From Azonexus sp. (GTDB lineage Bacteria; Pseudomonadota; Gammaproteobacteria; Burkholderiales; Rhodocyclaceae): 64,000 bases of DNA. Below, one piece after another: positions 29,053-41,554 of this stretch (positions are counted from its first letter, which is position 1; each line of letters starts with the position of its first letter). The DNA lies in contig JAVBXO010000022.1 of assembly GCA_030824535.1 (NCBI GenBank), positions 1,138 through 65,137 on the forward strand, given 5' to 3'. The translations under genes were made by a program, and so were the position numbers. Below the pieces are notes generated by a model. That model saw only the letters and a program-made list of their open reading frames with translations, was not told where the DNA came from and ran no database searches.

Positions 29053-31386
29053 TTATGCACGCTCCACGGAAATCTGACCAAACATCTCGCCGAGCATTGC
29101 GGTAGTTGCATGAGCCGCAGCAACCCGTACGCAATTGAGCGGTACATTGTTATCGATCTTGGCATTGAGCACCGCAACTCCACTCCCTTGGGAAACACGA
29201 ACCAGTGTTCCATCGGTGAGACCAAGTTGATTTGCAGTCTGTTCGCTGATCCGCGCCGTCGGCGATTTACCGTCTGCTGTCTGTTGCAAGGCAGGCGCCC
29301 GGCGAGCAATCGGATCTGCAAAATGGATAGGCACATCGGCAATTCGTTGTAAAGCAACATTGCCAGTAGCCGGCAAAGCCAATACAAGCCCGTTCAAGCC
29401 ATTGTCGAGATTGGCTACAAATTCAGCGCCTTTACCCAGTGCCTCATCACGAACCTGTTCACTAGACTCGTAAGAAAAGCCATCCAAATTCAAAACATTG
29501 CCGAGAACACGCAGTAATTTCCAGGCCGGGCGAGCATCGCCCCGCGGCTTGACAACGCCACTGAAACTCTGGACGCGACCTTCAGTATTAACAAAGGTCC
29601 CGGAAGTCTCGGTGTATGGGGCAACAGGCAGCATCACGTCAGCGTACTCAAGCGCAGCAGCATGCTTGAAGGCAGACATATAGACCACCAGAGCAGCCTG
29701 TTTAAGGGCACCAAGCACCAACTGCGGATTTGCGGTATCAAACTCTGGCTCGACGCCCATCAGGACATAAGCTTTGCGCGGCTTCTCGAACATCTCGCGA
29801 GCATTTGCGCCTGAAGAGCAGGCACCGGCAGCGTAGGCGCCGACCGTATTAGCGCCTTCGCCAAGGAAACCCACCGAAGCATTGGTCAATTTACCAAGTT
29901 CAAGGGCCAATGCGTGCAGTTGTGCAGCCTCAGCCGACTGGGTTGCGACATTACCCAGGAAAATTGCGCGCTTATCACCGTCCACCAAACTCTGGGCGAT
30001 CTTGCGACTTTCGTCACAAACAACAACGCCCGCAAGAGCAACTGGAACAACAGCGCCCTTGATCTCTGCTGCTGCCTTAACAATCTCAGCCACAGCGAAG
30101 ACCAAGCCAGCCGGTGCCACAGTGAGGGCGGCATGTTGTTTGATCAACATCTCGTCACCGGCTACCGAAACAAAACTGAGCTTGGTATATTTTTTGGCAG
30201 CTTGGCGTAGGCGCTGGGCGATCAGCGGATGGTCCTTGCGCAGGAATGAACCGATGACCAAGGCAGCATCGAGATCCTTGATCTCTGAGAGACGCAAGCC
30301 CAGCCAAGGCACGCCAGCACGCTTGGAATCACTACTAAAATCGATTTGACGCGGGCGGGAGTCAACATTGCTGCTTCCCAAGCCCCTCATGACCTTATTC
30401 AGAAGGAACAATTCCTCAAGCGTTGAACTTTGGGCTGCCAACGCTGCAATCTCATCACCGCCATGTTGGCGGGCTACATCCTTGAGGCCGTGAGCGACAT
30501 AATCGAGAGCCACATTCCAGTCGACTTCGCGCCACTCCCCGCCTTGCTTGACCAGTGGACGCGTCAAGCGCTCGTCTGAATTCAGCGCTTGATAGGAAAA
30601 ACGCTCTTTATCGGAAATCCAGCACTCATTTACTGCCTCATTTTCGCGCGGCAGCACCCGCATCACGTTGTCATGCTTAACCTGCACAACCAGATTAGCC
30701 CCAACGGAATCGTGCGGGCTAACCGATTTACGGCGCTGCAATTCCCACGAGCGAGCGGTATAACGGAATGGTTTGGAAGTCAGCGCGCCAACCGGGCACA
30801 AATCAATCATGTTGCCAGACAGTTCCGAATCCACCGACCGACCAACAAAAGTCATGATTTCCGAGTGCATATTGCGGTTGGCCATCCCCAATTCCATTAC
30901 GCCAGCGATCTCCTGACCGAAACGAACGCATCGGGTGCAGTGAATGCAGCGGCTCATCTCTTCCATCGAGACCAAGGGACCGACGTTTTTATGAAAAACG
31001 ACGTGCTTGTCTTCGGTATAGCGGCTCTTCATGGGGCCGTAACCAACTGACATGTCCTGCAACTGGCACTCCCCACCTTGATCACAAATCGGGCAGTCGA
31101 GCGGATGGTTGATTAACAGGAATTCCATCACACCCTTTTGGGCCTTTACGGCCAAGTCAGAGTGAGTGAACACCTTCATCCCGTTGGTCACCGGCGTTGC
31201 ACAAGCCGGCAAGGGCTTCGGCGCCTTTTCCACCTGCACCAGACACATCCGGCAGTTGGCGGCAATCGAAAGTTTCTTGTGGTAGCAGAAATGCGGTATG
31301 TATACCCCTACCTGCTGCGCGGCGTCCATCACCGTGCTGCCGTCGGGCACTTGCGCCTTTTTGCCGTCGATCTCGATTTCTAGCAT
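29053..31386 (-). CDS. nuoG: NADH-quinone oxidoreductase subunit G
   Basis: IPHFCYHKKLSIAANCRMC, HPLDCPICDQGGEC. Confidence 0.96.
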   Translation of the reverse strand: MLEIEIDGKKAQVPDGSTVMDAAQQVGVYIPHFCYHKKLSIAANCRMCLVQVEKAPKPLPACATPVTNGMKVFTHSDLAVKAQKGVMEFLLINHPLDCPICDQGGECQLQDMSVGYGPMKSRYTEDKHVVFHKNVGPLVSMEEMSRCIHCTRCVRFGQEIAGVMELGMANRNMHSEIMTFVGRSVDSELSGNMIDLCPVGALTSKPFRYTARSWELQRRKSVSPHDSVGANLVVQVKHDNVMRVLPRENEAVNECWISDKERFSYQALNSDERLTRPLVKQGGEWREVDWNVALDYVAHGLKDVARQHGGDEIAALAAQSSTLEELFLLNKVMRGLGSSNVDSRPRQIDFSSDSKRAGVPWLGLRLSEIKDLDAALVIGSFLRKDHPLIAQRLRQAAKKYTKLSFVSVAGDEMLIKQHAALTVAPAGLVFAVAEIVKAAAEIKGAVVPVALAGVVVCDESRKIAQSLVDGDKRAIFLGNVATQSAEAAQLHALALELGKLTNASVGFLGEGANTVGAYAAGACSSGANAREMFEKPRKAYVLMGVEPEFDTANPQLVLGALKQAALVVYMSAFKHAAALEYADVMLPVAPYTETSGTFVNTEGRVQSFSGVVKPRGDARPAWKLLRVLGNVLNLDGFSYESSEQVRDEALGKGAEFVANLDNGLNGLVLALPATGNVALQRIADVPIHFADPIARRAPALQQTADGKSPTARISEQTANQLGLTDGTLVRVSQGSGVAVLNAKIDNNVPLNCVRVAAAHATTAMLGEMFGQISVERA

Positions 31387-31436
31387 GTCGCTACCTTGTA
31401 GCCGTTTATCTTTTAACTAACGCGAAACGATTTTCG

Positions 31437-32765
31437 TCAGACCGGAATCTTGTGAAAACCGCTGCCAGCCCACTGCACATCCTTGGGAACCTGACAAGTC
31501 TTGTGCTCGATGTGGTACTCGAATTCGCTACGGAAATGCTTGATGAAGCTCTGAACCGGGAAGGCTGCAGCATCTCCAAGAGCGCAAATTGTCCGGCCAG
31601 CAATGTTACCAAGCACGCTGCTCAGCAAATCCAGATCCTCCGGACGCCCCTGACCATTTTCGATGCGATGCACGACCTTGTACATCCAGGCCGTACCTTC
31701 TCGACACGGCGTACATTGACCGCAAGATTCTTCATGGTAGAAGAAGGACAGGCGATCCAGCGCCTTGACCATGCACACCGTCTCGTCCATCACGATCACC
31801 GCACCCGAGCCGAGCATCGAGCCGCCCTTGCTGATGGAGTCATAATCCATCGTGCAGTCCATGATCACGTCGGCGGGCATGACCGGGGCCGAGGAGCCAC
31901 CTGGGATTACCGCCTTCAGCTTGCGACCGCCGCGCATCCCGCCGCACATTTCCAGCAACTGGGCAAACGAAGTGCCCAGCGGAATTTCGTAGTTACCCGG
32001 ACGATTGACGTGGCCCGACACCGAGAACAGCTTGGTGCCGCCATTATTGGCCTTGCCAAGATTCAGATAATCTTCCCCACCCATCTTCAGAATGAAAGGG
32101 ATGGCAGCGAAGGTCTCGGTGTTGTTGATTGTCGTCGGCTTACCGTAAAGGCCGAAGGAAGCAGGAAATGGCGGCTTGAAACGTGGCTGGCCTTTTTTGC
32201 CTTCAATCGACTCCAGCAAAGCAGTTTCTTCGCCACAAATATAGGCACCATAGCCATGGTGGGCAAAGAGTTCAAAGTTGAACCCGGAGCCAAGAATATT
32301 CTGACCGATAAAACCAGCAGCACGAGCCTCGTCAAGAGCCTCTTCAAACCGTTTGTATTCCAGCCAGACTTCACCGTGGACATAGTTGTAACCACGGTTC
32401 GCGCCCATTGCGTAAGCGGCAATCGCCATACCTTCGATAACCGCATGCGGATTGTAGCGCATGATATCGCGGTCTTTGAACGTACCGGGCTCACCCTCAT
32501 CGGTATTGCAGACGACGTACTTGTCCCCAGGGAAAGAACGTGGCATGAAAGACCATTTCAAACCGGTCGGAAACCCTGCTCCACCACGCCCGCGCAGGAC
32601 CGATTTCTTGACCTCGCTGATTACATCTTCCTGAGAAATTTTGTTCTCAAGGATGCGCTTAAGCTGCTGATAACCACCGCGAGCTACATAATCGGCCAAA
32701 CGCCAAGTCGCATCGCCATTAAGGCCTTCCATCAGAACGCCATTAATCGAACCGAGCATTGCCAT
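31437..32765 (-). CDS. nuoF: NADH-quinone oxidoreductase subunit F
   Basis: [22 protein letters not shown]; start at ATG 32765 overlapping the nuoE stop. Confidence 0.95.
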   Translation of the reverse strand: MAMLGSINGVLMEGLNGDATWRLADYVARGGYQQLKRILENKISQEDVISEVKKSVLRGRGGAGFPTGLKWSFMPRSFPGDKYVVCNTDEGEPGTFKDRDIMRYNPHAVIEGMAIAAYAMGANRGYNYVHGEVWLEYKRFEEALDEARAAGFIGQNILGSGFNFELFAHHGYGAYICGEETALLESIEGKKGQPRFKPPFPASFGLYGKPTTINNTETFAAIPFILKMGGEDYLNLGKANNGGTKLFSVSGHVNRPGNYEIPLGTSFAQLLEMCGGMRGGRKLKAVIPGGSSAPVMPADVIMDCTMDYDSISKGGSMLGSGAVIVMDETVCMVKALDRLSFFYHEESCGQCTPCREGTAWMYKVVHRIENGQGRPEDLDLLSSVLGNIAGRTICALGDAAAFPVQSFIKHFRSEFEYHIEHKTCQVPKDVQWAGSGFHKIPV

Positions 32766-33238
32766 TATTTGCACTCCTCGAGCAGCTTGTCGATCTGTTC
32801 GGGGTGCATGTGACTGCACATCGAGCGATTATTGACAATGAATACCGGAGCATCACCGCAAGCGCCCATGCATTCACCTTCTTTCAGCGTGAACTTGCCA
32901 TCAGCGGTCGTTTCGTTATATCCGATACCCAGTTTGGTCTGCAGGTATTCGCCCGCATGATAGCCGCCGGACAATGCGCACGGTAAATTGGTGCAAACCG
33001 TGATTTTGTACTTACCTAAAGGCTTCAGGTCGTACATGTTGTAAAAGGAAGCAACCTCATAAACAGCAATCGGAGGCAGGCCGAGGTAGTCGGCAACCGC
33101 TTCGATAGCTTCAGGAGGCAACCAGCCTTTTTCTTCCTGAGCATGAGCCAAACAGGACATGGTTGCCGATTGCTTTTGGTCTGCCGGATATTTGGCGACC
33201 TCGCGGGCAAACTTTTGGAGGGTTTCAGCGGAAAACAT
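32765..33238 (-). CDS. nuoE: NADH-quinone oxidoreductase subunit E
   Basis: CTNLPC and ECMGAC [2Fe-2S] ligands. Confidence 0.95.
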   Translation of the reverse strand: MFSAETLQKFAREVAKYPADQKQSATMSCLAHAQEEKGWLPPEAIEAVADYLGLPPIAVYEVASFYNMYDLKPLGKYKITVCTNLPCALSGGYHAGEYLQTKLGIGYNETTADGKFTLKEGECMGACGDAPVFIVNNRSMCSHMHPEQIDKLLEECK

Positions 33239-34491
33239 CAGCGGTCAATCTCGCCAAAAACAATATCTTGGGAACCAATGATCGTCACAACGTCAGCAAT
33301 CATGTGGCCACGGGACATCTCATCCATACCGGCCAGATGCACATAACCTGGCGCACGAATCTTCATGCGATAGGGCTTGTTAGCACCATCAGAGATGAAA
33401 TAAATACCGAATTCACCTTTGGGATGCTCTACGGCAGCGTAAGCCTCACCAGGGGGAATATGGATACCTTCAGTGAAGAGTTTGAAGTGATGAATCAACT
33501 CTTCCATGTTTGATTTCATACCCTCGCGTGAAGGGGGGGCAACCTTGTGGTTGTCGCTGATCACCGGGCCAGGGTTTTTACGCAGCCAATCGATACATTG
33601 CTTGATGATCCGATTCGACTGCAGCATTTCTTCCATACGAACCAGATAGCGGTCATAGCTATCGCCATTGACCCCAACCGGCACGTCGAAATCAACCTTG
33701 TCGTAAGCCGCATAAGGCTGCTTTTTGCGCAAATCCCAAGCGATACCGGATCCACGCAGCATTGCACCGGAGAAACCCATTTGCAATGCGCGCTCAGGAG
33801 TAACCACGCCAATGTTGACTAAACGCTGTTTCCAGATTCGGTTGTCAGTCAGTAGCGTGTGATATTCCGAATGGTAAGTCGGAAAGCGATTGGTAAAGTC
33901 TTCCAGGAAATCCAGCAGCGAACCGCTACGATTTTCATTCAACTCACCAGCTTTTTTCGCACTCGTCCAAGTAGATTCGCGATACTGCGGCATCCGATCA
34001 GGCAAGTCACGGTACACACCACCAGGACGGTAGTAGGCAGCGTGCAAACGCGCACCGGAAACCGCCTCATAAACGTCCATCAGATCTTCCCGCTCGCGGA
34101 AGGTATAGAGCGCCATTGTCATTGCACCAACATCCAGTGCATGACAGCCGATCCAGAGAAGATGATTCAGGATGCGCGTAACTTCGTCAAACATCGTGCG
34201 GATGTATTTGCCGCGTTCCGGAACTTCAACACCCAAAAGCTTTTCTACTGCGAGACAGTAGGCATGCTCATTGGCCATTGGCGAAACATAGTCCAGACGA
34301 TCCATATATGGCACGGACTGGACCCAGGTGCGGGTTTCGGCCAGCTTTTCGGTAGCACGATGCAACAAGCCGATATGCGGGTCGGCACGCTGAACAACTT
34401 CGCCATCCAGTTCAAGAACCAGACGCAGAACACCGTGCGCAGCTGGGTGCTGCGGACCAAAATTCAGAGTGAAATTGCGGATATCAGCCAT
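33238..34491 (-). CDS. nuoD: NADH-quinone oxidoreductase subunit D
   Basis: [15 protein letters not shown]-terminal DIVFGEIDR; start MADIRN at 34491. Confidence 0.96.
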   Translation of the reverse strand: MADIRNFTLNFGPQHPAAHGVLRLVLELDGEVVQRADPHIGLLHRATEKLAETRTWVQSVPYMDRLDYVSPMANEHAYCLAVEKLLGVEVPERGKYIRTMFDEVTRILNHLLWIGCHALDVGAMTMALYTFREREDLMDVYEAVSGARLHAAYYRPGGVYRDLPDRMPQYRESTWTSAKKAGELNENRSGSLLDFLEDFTNRFPTYHSEYHTLLTDNRIWKQRLVNIGVVTPERALQMGFSGAMLRGSGIAWDLRKKQPYAAYDKVDFDVPVGVNGDSYDRYLVRMEEMLQSNRIIKQCIDWLRKNPGPVISDNHKVAPPSREGMKSNMEELIHHFKLFTEGIHIPPGEAYAAVEHPKGEFGIYFISDGANKPYRMKIRAPGYVHLAGMDEMSRGHMIADVVTIIGSQDIVFGEIDR

Positions 34492-35089
34492 GTGCCGGAT
34501 CCCCGTAAGTATCTTCGCGCACAATGCGCGGCGTGTTTTCGCGAGGCTCGATGGTTACCGGTTGATAGATGACCCGCGCCTGATCCGGGTCATAACGCAT
34601 TTCGACATAGCCGGAAATCGGGAAGTCTTTGCGGAAGGGATGACCGATAAAACCATAGTCAGTAAGAATGCGCCGCAGGTCATCATGACCAGCAAAAGCA
34701 ATCCCATACAAGTCAAAGGCTTCCCGCTCAAACCAGTTGGAACTAGTCCAGATGCTCGTCATGGTCGGCACAGAGGGAAATTCATCATCCTCAGCAAAGA
34801 CCCGAACGCGCACGCGCCAGTTATTGGCGATGGAAAGCAGATGCGTAACCACCGCAAAGCGCTTACCTTGCCAAGCACCGTCGCCGTACGTCGAATAATC
34901 AACACCACACAGATCAACCACCTCTTCAAAACCCAGATCAGGTTGATCGCGTAAGGTGAGCATCAAATCGTAGTAGTCGGAAACACCCACTTCGATCGTT
35001 ATTTCCCCCAAAGCCAACTTCAGGGACTTAAGCTTTTCACCAAAATGCTTTTGCAGATTTTGGCTCAGCGTTTCAAGCTTGGCAGACAT
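34484..35089 (-). CDS. nuoC: NADH-quinone oxidoreductase subunit C
   Basis: [28 protein letters not shown]. Confidence 0.95.
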   Translation of the reverse strand: MSAKLETLSQNLQKHFGEKLKSLKLALGEITIEVGVSDYYDLMLTLRDQPDLGFEEVVDLCGVDYSTYGDGAWQGKRFAVVTHLLSIANNWRVRVRVFAEDDEFPSVPTMTSIWTSSNWFEREAFDLYGIAFAGHDDLRRILTDYGFIGHPFRKDFPISGYVEMRYDPDQARVIYQPVTIEPRENTPRIVREDTYGDPAHG

Positions 35090-35109
35090 ATTCAGATCAG
35101 CCTCGGCAA

Positions 35110-35586
35110 TTAACGAGCAATGGTGTTGGTGCGGCGGATCTTGTTTTGCAACTGAATGATCCCGTATATCAGCGCCTCGGCCGTCGGGGGACAGCCTGGA
35201 ACATAAATATCAACAGGAACGATTCGATCACAGCCGCGAACCACAGAATAGGAATAGTGGTAATAACCCCCACCATTAGCACACGAACCCATTGAGATAA
35301 CCCAACGCGGCTCAGCCATCTGATCGTAAACTTTGCGCAGAGCCGGGGCCATTTTATTCGTTAGCGTACCTGCAACAATCATCAAATCTGACTGCCGAGG
35401 ACTAGGGCGGAACACAACACCAAAACGATCCAAGTCGTAGCGCGACACACCCGCGTGAATCATTTCCACAGCACAACAAGCCAAACCAAAGGTCATCGGC
35501 CACATCGAGCCGGTGCGCATATAGTTGATCAGCTTGTCTGCAGTGGTTGTGACAAAACCTTCCTGAAGAACGCCTTCAATTCCCAT
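35110..35586 (-). CDS. nuoB: NADH-quinone oxidoreductase subunit B
   Basis: [20 protein letters not shown]. Confidence 0.96.
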   Translation of the reverse strand: MGIEGVLQEGFVTTTADKLINYMRTGSMWPMTFGLACCAVEMIHAGVSRYDLDRFGVVFRPSPRQSDLMIVAGTLTNKMAPALRKVYDQMAEPRWVISMGSCANGGGYYHYSYSVVRGCDRIVPVDIYVPGCPPTAEALIYGIIQLQNKIRRTNTIAR

Positions 35587-35595
35587 AGCGAAGCC

Positions 35596-35967
35596 TCACT
35601 CCCATTCCAGGGCACCCTTGGCCCAAGCGTAAACGTAGCCGATGACCAAAATGGCAACAAACACCATCATCTCGGCAAACCCGAACATTTTGATCGACTC
35701 GTTTGCCACGATATCCTTGAAGATCGTCGCCCACGGAAAAAGGAAGGCAACTTCAAGATCGAACAGAATGAAGAGAATGGCTATCAGGTAATAGCGCACA
35801 TCAAATTTCATGCGCGCGTCTTCGAATGCCTCGAAGCCACATTCGTACGGAGAAAGCTTTTCAGGGTCCGGCCTGCTGGGAGCGAGCAAAAAGCCCATTG
35901 CCACGGGGAGCACACCAACCGCCACCCCTACCAGGACGAACATCAGGATTGGAAAGTAAGTTTCCAT
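35596..35967 (-). CDS. nuoA: NADH-quinone oxidoreductase subunit A
   Basis: PYECGFE, FILFDLE, GALEWE. Confidence 0.96.
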   Translation of the reverse strand: METYFPILMFVLVGVAVGVLPVAMGFLLAPSRPDPEKLSPYECGFEAFEDARMKFDVRYYLIAILFILFDLEVAFLFPWATIFKDIVANESIKMFGFAEMMVFVAILVIGYVYAWAKGALEWE

Positions 35968-36029
35968 GATCCGCCGCCAATATTCAGTTTCTTGTGCGAA
36001 ACAGCATGCAAAGCATGCTGCCAGTTTAT

Positions 36030-36114
36030 TGGTGCCGACGGCGAGACTCGAACTCGCACAGCTTGCGCCACTACCCCCTCAAGATAGCGTGTCTACCAAT
36101 TTCACCACGTCGGC
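36030..36114 (-). tRNA. tRNA-Leu (anticodon GAG)
   Basis: GCCGACGTGGTGAAATTGGTAGACACGCTATCTTGAGGGGGTAGTGGCGCAAGCTGTGCGAGTTCGAGTCTCGCCGTCGGCACCA: 85 nt, long variable arm, encoded CCA, secG-tRNA-Leu synteny. Confidence 0.96.
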
Positions 36115-36165
36115 ACTACTTTTTATCGCTTTCCAGCGAGGACTGTTACCAGAAAGCGAGACTTC

Positions 36166-36537
36166 TTACTTCGGTACGTCGTTGGCCTTGGAACCAGCTC
36201 CAGCCGGGACCGCAGCAGCGCTTCCAGCCCCTGAAACAGGCTGTGAAACCGGCTGCGATTGTACCGCTTCCTGCATCAAACTGCCAGTCGTTTTTGGCTT
36301 GATGGAGCCTGCGTAGGCCAGCAGCAAGCTGGTTGCGAAAAACACCGCAGCAAGCACCGCCGTGGTGCGGCTGAGAAAATTAGCCGAGCCGCTGGCGCCA
36401 AATAAACTACCGGATGCACCACTACCGAACGCCGCTCCCATGTCAGCGCCCTTACCATGTTGCATGAGCACCAAACCAATGATGGCCAGCGCCACCAAAA
36501 TGTGAATCGTCAAAAGAATTGAGAAAAACCAGTTCAT
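36166..36537 (-). CDS. secG: Preprotein translocase subunit SecG
   Basis: LMQHGKGADMGAAFGSGASGSLFG, NFLSRTT; start MNWFF. Confidence 0.95.
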   Translation of the reverse strand: MNWFFSILLTIHILVALAIIGLVLMQHGKGADMGAAFGSGASGSLFGASGSANFLSRTTAVLAAVFFATSLLLAYAGSIKPKTTGSLMQEAVQSQPVSQPVSGAGSAAAVPAGAGSKANDVPK

Positions 36538-36550
36538 ATCTTTACACCTA

Positions 36551-37300
36551 TCAAACTGCCGCCCGGCAAATCGCCAGAAAATCACCAGCCACCAACGCAG
36601 CCCCACCGATCAAACCACCATCGATATCGGGCTGCCCAAACAAATCCCCTGCATTTTGCGGCTTAACACTTCCGCCGTACAGAATGCGCACCGACACCCC
36701 GACCTCAGGTGCCAGACCAAAAATTTGCGCACGAATTGCTGCATGCACCGCCTGCGCCTGCTCCGGCGTCGCCGTCATCCCCGTTCCGATGGCCCATACC
36801 GGCTCATAAGCCAGCACCGAAGTCAGCAAGGCCCGAACACCTACACGCTCAATCACCGCGTTCAATTGCCGCGAGACAACCGCTTCCGTAGCACCCGATT
36901 CGCGCTCAGCGAGCGTCTCACCAACACACAGCACCGGGCACAGACCTGCTCGCTGCGCCGATTCAAACTTCGCGGCAACATCATCATCGCTTTCGCCATA
37001 AAGACTACGCCGCTCCGAATGCCCGACCAGGACATGCGTACACCCAAAATCCTTCAGCATTTCACCAGAAACTTCGCCAGTGTAGGCACCAGCCAAGTAC
37101 TCTGACAAGTTTTGCGCCCCCAGCATCAGGGGCGTATCAATCAATTTTTCCTGAAGCTGCATCAGATAAGGAAAGGGAGGGCAAATCACCACCTCGCAGG
37201 AAACTCCGGAAAGATTCTCGAGAACCTCATCCAATAGAACGGCATTTTTCTGGAGACTGCCATGCATCTTCCAGTTCCCTGCAACAAGCTTTTTACGCAT
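36551..37300 (-). CDS. tpiA: Triosephosphate isomerase
   Basis: AGNWKM, GHSERR, AYEPVWAIGTG, YGGSVK. Confidence 0.97.
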   Translation of the reverse strand: MRKKLVAGNWKMHGSLQKNAVLLDEVLENLSGVSCEVVICPPFPYLMQLQEKLIDTPLMLGAQNLSEYLAGAYTGEVSGEMLKDFGCTHVLVGHSERRSLYGESDDDVAAKFESAQRAGLCPVLCVGETLAERESGATEAVVSRQLNAVIERVGVRALLTSVLAYEPVWAIGTGMTATPEQAQAVHAAIRAQIFGLAPEVGVSVRILYGGSVKPQNAGDLFGQPDIDGGLIGGAALVAGDFLAICRAAV

Positions 37301-37384
37301 GAGTGAACCGCTTCGGTTGGCGAAAAACTTCGGGATTATATCGACCAGCCAATTTTCCGGTCAATATTCACAGCGATGTAAGCA

Positions 37385-38740
37385 CTATTGCTGAGCGGAT
37401 GCACATACGAATTCTGCCAAGCCCTCTGCTTCCGCAGTAACTTCCGAGGCGTCCTCACCTTCAACCATGACTCGCAGCAAAGGCTCAGTTCCCGAGGCTC
37501 TCAGCAACACCCGACCTCGCCCAAGCAGACGCTGTTCGGTTGCCCGCAACGCGGCCGTGATTGCCGGACTGTCCTTCCAGGAAAACCCGCGGGCAACAGG
37601 CACGTTGATCAGGCGTTGCGGATACAGCACAAGATCCCCCAGCAAGGCCTTCAGCCCTCCTCCCGCTCGGCGCAATGCCGCCAGGACCTGCAAGGCGGCA
37701 ACAACACCATCCCCCGTTGTGTGCCGATCAAGCACCAGGATGTGCCCGGAACTCTCGCCGCCCAGAACCCAGCCTTTCTCGCTCAACATTTCCACCACAT
37801 AGCGATCACCCACAGCAGCTCTCGCAAAGGGTACCCCTAGGCGCTCGACCGCATGCTCGAGAGCCAGATTACTCATCAATGTGCCAACGACGCCAGCTAC
37901 AGGGGAAGTCTCAGCGCGAGATTTGACAATGGCGAACAGCAACTGGTCGCCATCGTAGAAGTTACCTTCTGCATCAACCATAAGCAGTCGATCTGCATCG
38001 CCATCGAGCGCAATGCCGAGATCAGCGCGGTTAGCCAAGACCGCATCACGCAAGGCTCGGGGCGCCGTTGCCCCAACCCCATCGTTGATATTCAAGCCAT
38101 TAGGCTGCGCACCGATACTGACAACATCCGCTCCCAACTCGTGAAATACGGCCGGCGCTATCTGGTAGGCAGCACCATGGGCACAGTCCACCACAATTTT
38201 CAAACCACGTAGATCCAGATCATTCGGGAAGGTGCTTTTACAAAACTCGATATAGCGACCGCGTGCATCCTCTATACGCTTGGCTCGCCCAAGATCGGCG
38301 GAGGCCACGCACTGCATCGGCTGATCGATACCAAGCTCGATACTCTGCTCCACCTGATCAGGCAGTTTGCAACCTTGGGCCGAGAAAAACTTAATGCCAT
38401 TATCATAGTACGGATTGTGCGATGCGGAAATTACGATTCCGGCCTGCAAGCGTAGCGCTCGGGTCAGATAAGCCACGGCAGGCGTAGGCAAGGGGCCAAC
38501 CAGGCAAGTATCTACACCAGCGGCCGAAAACCCGGCCTCTAACGCTGATTCCAGCATATAGCCGGATAGGCGGGTATCCTTACCGATCAATACGGTTGGG
38601 CGCTCACCAGCTGGCATTGAAACTCGCTCGACCAAAACACGGCCTGCTGAGTAACCCAAGCGCATGACAAAATCCGGCGTTATGGGCGCCTGCCCGACAC
38701 GCCCACGCACGCCATCGGTACCAAAATATTTTCTGCTCAT
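37385..38740 (-). CDS. glmM: Phosphoglucosamine mutase
   Basis: [29 protein letters not shown]. Confidence 0.96.
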   Translation of the reverse strand: MSRKYFGTDGVRGRVGQAPITPDFVMRLGYSAGRVLVERVSMPAGERPTVLIGKDTRLSGYMLESALEAGFSAAGVDTCLVGPLPTPAVAYLTRALRLQAGIVISASHNPYYDNGIKFFSAQGCKLPDQVEQSIELGIDQPMQCVASADLGRAKRIEDARGRYIEFCKSTFPNDLDLRGLKIVVDCAHGAAYQIAPAVFHELGADVVSIGAQPNGLNINDGVGATAPRALRDAVLANRADLGIALDGDADRLLMVDAEGNFYDGDQLLFAIVKSRAETSPVAGVVGTLMSNLALEHAVERLGVPFARAAVGDRYVVEMLSEKGWVLGGESSGHILVLDRHTTGDGVVAALQVLAALRRAGGGLKALLGDLVLYPQRLINVPVARGFSWKDSPAITAALRATEQRLLGRGRVLLRASGTEPLLRVMVEGEDASEVTAEAEGLAEFVCASAQQ

Positions 38741-39570
38741 ACCCCCCCCTGCTGAATAGCGGCACAGACCGCAAGCGCATCACAAGTTGCCGCAACATCG
38801 TGCACGCGAATAATCGCCGCCCCTTTAAGCGCCGCCATCACTGCACCAGCCAGACTCGCAGCAAGCCTTTGATCGACCGGACGCCCAATAATTTCGCCCA
38901 GCATGGTTTTGCGCGACACACCGACCAGCATAGGCAAATTATCGGGCGATATTGCGGTCAACGCTCTAAATAAGGCCAAATTGTGCGCCAGTGTTTTGCC
39001 AAACCCGAAGCCTGGATCGACGACGATGCGCTCATCTGCGATCCCAGCCATTCGACACCGCCGCACCGCATCAGCCAGAAAATTTGCAACTTCGCCGACC
39101 GCATCACCGTACTTTGGCGCTTGCTGCATATTCCCGGGTGAGCCCTGCATATGCATCACACAGACCGCACAATCACTGGCAGCGACGACAGCCAGCGCCT
39201 CGGGCGCGGCCATTCCGCCAATATCGTTAATCATGCTGGCGCCAGCGGCGAGAGCCGCAGCCATGACCGACGGCTTGTAGGTATCAACGGAAATAGGCAC
39301 TCCCCAGCGGGAAACCTCCTCCAGCACCGGCAGCAAACGCCGCAACTCTTCATCCGTCGGCGTGGCGATGGCGCCGGGGCGCGAGGATTCAGCACCGATA
39401 TCGAGAATATCGGCCCCCGCATCCAGTTGGGCGCGCGCGTGGGCGATTGCACTATCGATATTTGCCCCTTTGCCATCCCCGGAAAACGAGTCAGGAGTCA
39501 AATTGACGATCCCCATCACCAGGGGACGCTGCAGTGATAGCCGGTAAGGGCCGCATCTCAGAAAGGGCAT
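38737..39570 (-). CDS. folP: Dihydropteroate synthase
   Basis: [36 protein letters not shown]. Confidence 0.96.
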   Translation of the reverse strand: MPFLRCGPYRLSLQRPLVMGIVNLTPDSFSGDGKGANIDSAIAHARAQLDAGADILDIGAESSRPGAIATPTDEELRRLLPVLEEVSRWGVPISVDTYKPSVMAAALAAGASMINDIGGMAAPEALAVVAASDCAVCVMHMQGSPGNMQQAPKYGDAVGEVANFLADAVRRCRMAGIADERIVVDPGFGFGKTLAHNLALFRALTAISPDNLPMLVGVSRKTMLGEIIGRPVDQRLAASLAGAVMAALKGAAIIRVHDVAATCDALAVCAAIQQGGV

Positions 39571-39573
39571 GAT

Positions 39574-39601
39574 AAAAAAAGGCCGGGAACAAGCCCGGCC
39601 T
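39574..39601 (-). terminator. Terminator after ftsH
   Basis: Minus strand AGGCCGGG-cttgtt-CCCGGCC-TTTTTTT. Confidence 0.8.
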
Positions 39602-39619
39602 GTCTAGCTAATGGAGAAA

Positions 39620-41500
39620 TCAAGCCGGCGCAGCTGCGCTCGGCTCCGCACCCGGCGTATCACCAGGAGTAGAAGGACGGGACAGCCCTTGCACGGGCTT
39701 CGGCGGACGTGGCTGCTTGCCGGCCATGATGTCATCAATTTGATCAGCATCGATGGTTTCCCAATCAAGCAAGGCCTTGGTCATAGCCTCGACCTTGTCA
39801 CGATTTTCTTCCAGTAGCTTGCGCGCCAACGCATATTGTTGCTCGATGATGCGACCAATTTCCGCATCAACCCTCTGCATAGTTGCTTCCGAGACGTTCT
39901 TGTGCTGGGTCACCGAACGACCGAGGAAAACCTCGCCATCGTTTTCACCGTAGACCATCACACCAAGATCAGACATTCCGTAGCGAGTAACCATGTCACG
40001 AGCCATCGCCGTCGCACGCTCGAAGTCGTTGGATGCGCCAGTCGTCATCTGATTCATGAACAATTCTTCGGCAATACGCCCGCCAAAAAGCACCGCAATC
40101 CGGCTCAACAGATATTGCTTGTCATAAGCATAGCGGTCCTGCTCCGGCAATTGCATTGTCAGGCCAAGCGCACGACCACGCGGAATGATCGTAACCTTAT
40201 GCACCGGATCCGACTTCGGCACCAATTTGGCAACCACTGCATGCCCCGACTCGTGATAAGCCGTATTCATCTTCTCGTCTTCGGTCATGACCATGCTCCG
40301 GCGCTCAGCACCCATCATGATCTTGTCCTTGGCCATCTCGAAGTCGTCCATATCAACCAGACGCTTGTTGCGGCGAGCAGCAAACAGCGCGGCTTCATTG
40401 ACCAGATTGGCCAGATCAGCGCCGGAAAAACCCGGGGTGCCACGAGCGATAACATCAGCCCGGACATCACCAGCTATCGGCACTTTGCGCATGTGAACCT
40501 TGAGGATCTCCTCACGCCCGCGAATATCCGGCAGCGGCACGACAACCTGGCGGTCGAAGCGACCCGGACGCAGCAGCGCCGGATCAAGAATGTCAGGACG
40601 GTTGGTCGCAGCAATAACAATGATGCCGGAGTGGCCTTCAAAGCCATCCATCTCGACCAGCAACTGGTTCAAGGTCTGTTCGCGCTCGTCGTTACCACCA
40701 CCCAAGCCGGCACCGCGATGGCGACCAACGGCGTCGATTTCATCGATGAAGATGATGCATGGCGCATGCTTCTTGGCGTTTTCGAACATGTCGCGCACAC
40801 GAGCGGCGCCGACACCGACGAACATTTCAACAAAATCGGAACCGGAGATACTGAAGAATGGCACCTTCGCCTCGCCGGCAATGGCCTTGGCCAGCAAGGT
40901 CTTGCCAGTACCAGGGTTGCCGACCATCAGCACCCCCTTGGGAATACGACCGCCAAGCTTCTGAAACTTGGACGGATCGCGCAGGAAATCAACGATTTCC
41001 TGCACTTCTTCCTTGGCCTCATCACAACCGGCGACATCGGCGAAAGTAATGGAGTTCTGCGCCTCATCCATCATGCGCGCCTTCGACTTGCCGAAGGAGA
41101 ATGCCCCACCCTTGCCACCACCCTGCATCTGGCGCATGAAGAATACCCAGACGCCGATCAGAAGCAACATCGGGAACCAGCTGACAAAAAGATTCATCAG
41201 GAAAGATGGCTCTTCTTCCGGCTTCGCTTCAATTTTGACGCCACTTTTCAAGAGGTCAGACACTAGCCACAGATCAGGCGGCGCATAGGAAGTAATGCGC
41301 TTGCCATCAGAGGTAGTCGCCTTGAGTGTCCGCCCTTCCATGACGACCTTGGAAATACGCCCGGCCTTGACCTCGTCAATAAACTGGGAATACTCAACCG
41401 AACCGGTCGCAACCTGACGATTGTTGAACTGATTGAATACAGTCATCAGCACCAAGCCGATGACCAGCCAGATTGCGAGGTTTTTGAACATGTTGTTCAA
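39620..41500 (-). CDS. ftsH: ATP-dependent zinc metalloprotease FtsH
   Basis: [25 protein letters not shown]; TTG start with GAAGGAGAG RBS. Confidence 0.97.
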   Translation of the reverse strand: MNNMFKNLAIWLVIGLVLMTVFNQFNNRQVATGSVEYSQFIDEVKAGRISKVVMEGRTLKATTSDGKRITSYAPPDLWLVSDLLKSGVKIEAKPEEEPSFLMNLFVSWFPMLLLIGVWVFFMRQMQGGGKGGAFSFGKSKARMMDEAQNSITFADVAGCDEAKEEVQEIVDFLRDPSKFQKLGGRIPKGVLMVGNPGTGKTLLAKAIAGEAKVPFFSISGSDFVEMFVGVGAARVRDMFENAKKHAPCIIFIDEIDAVGRHRGAGLGGGNDEREQTLNQLLVEMDGFEGHSGIIVIAATNRPDILDPALLRPGRFDRQVVVPLPDIRGREEILKVHMRKVPIAGDVRADVIARGTPGFSGADLANLVNEAALFAARRNKRLVDMDDFEMAKDKIMMGAERRSMVMTEDEKMNTAYHESGHAVVAKLVPKSDPVHKVTIIPRGRALGLTMQLPEQDRYAYDKQYLLSRIAVLFGGRIAEELFMNQMTTGASNDFERATAMARDMVTRYGMSDLGVMVYGENDGEVFLGRSVTQHKNVSEATMQRVDAEIGRIIEQQYALARKLLEENRDKVEAMTKALLDWETIDADQIDDIMAGKQPRPPKPVQGLSRPSTPGDTPGAEPSAAAPA

Positions 41501-41554
41501 GCTTGCTCTCCTTCTACAGCGTCGAGCGAAAAAATAGCATTCTAAACAAAACCA

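Noticed and set aside
35968-36165. tRNA-Leu as a possible integration site
   Set aside because: No integrase or duplicated tRNA 3' end seen; secG-tRNA-nuoA synteny is intact
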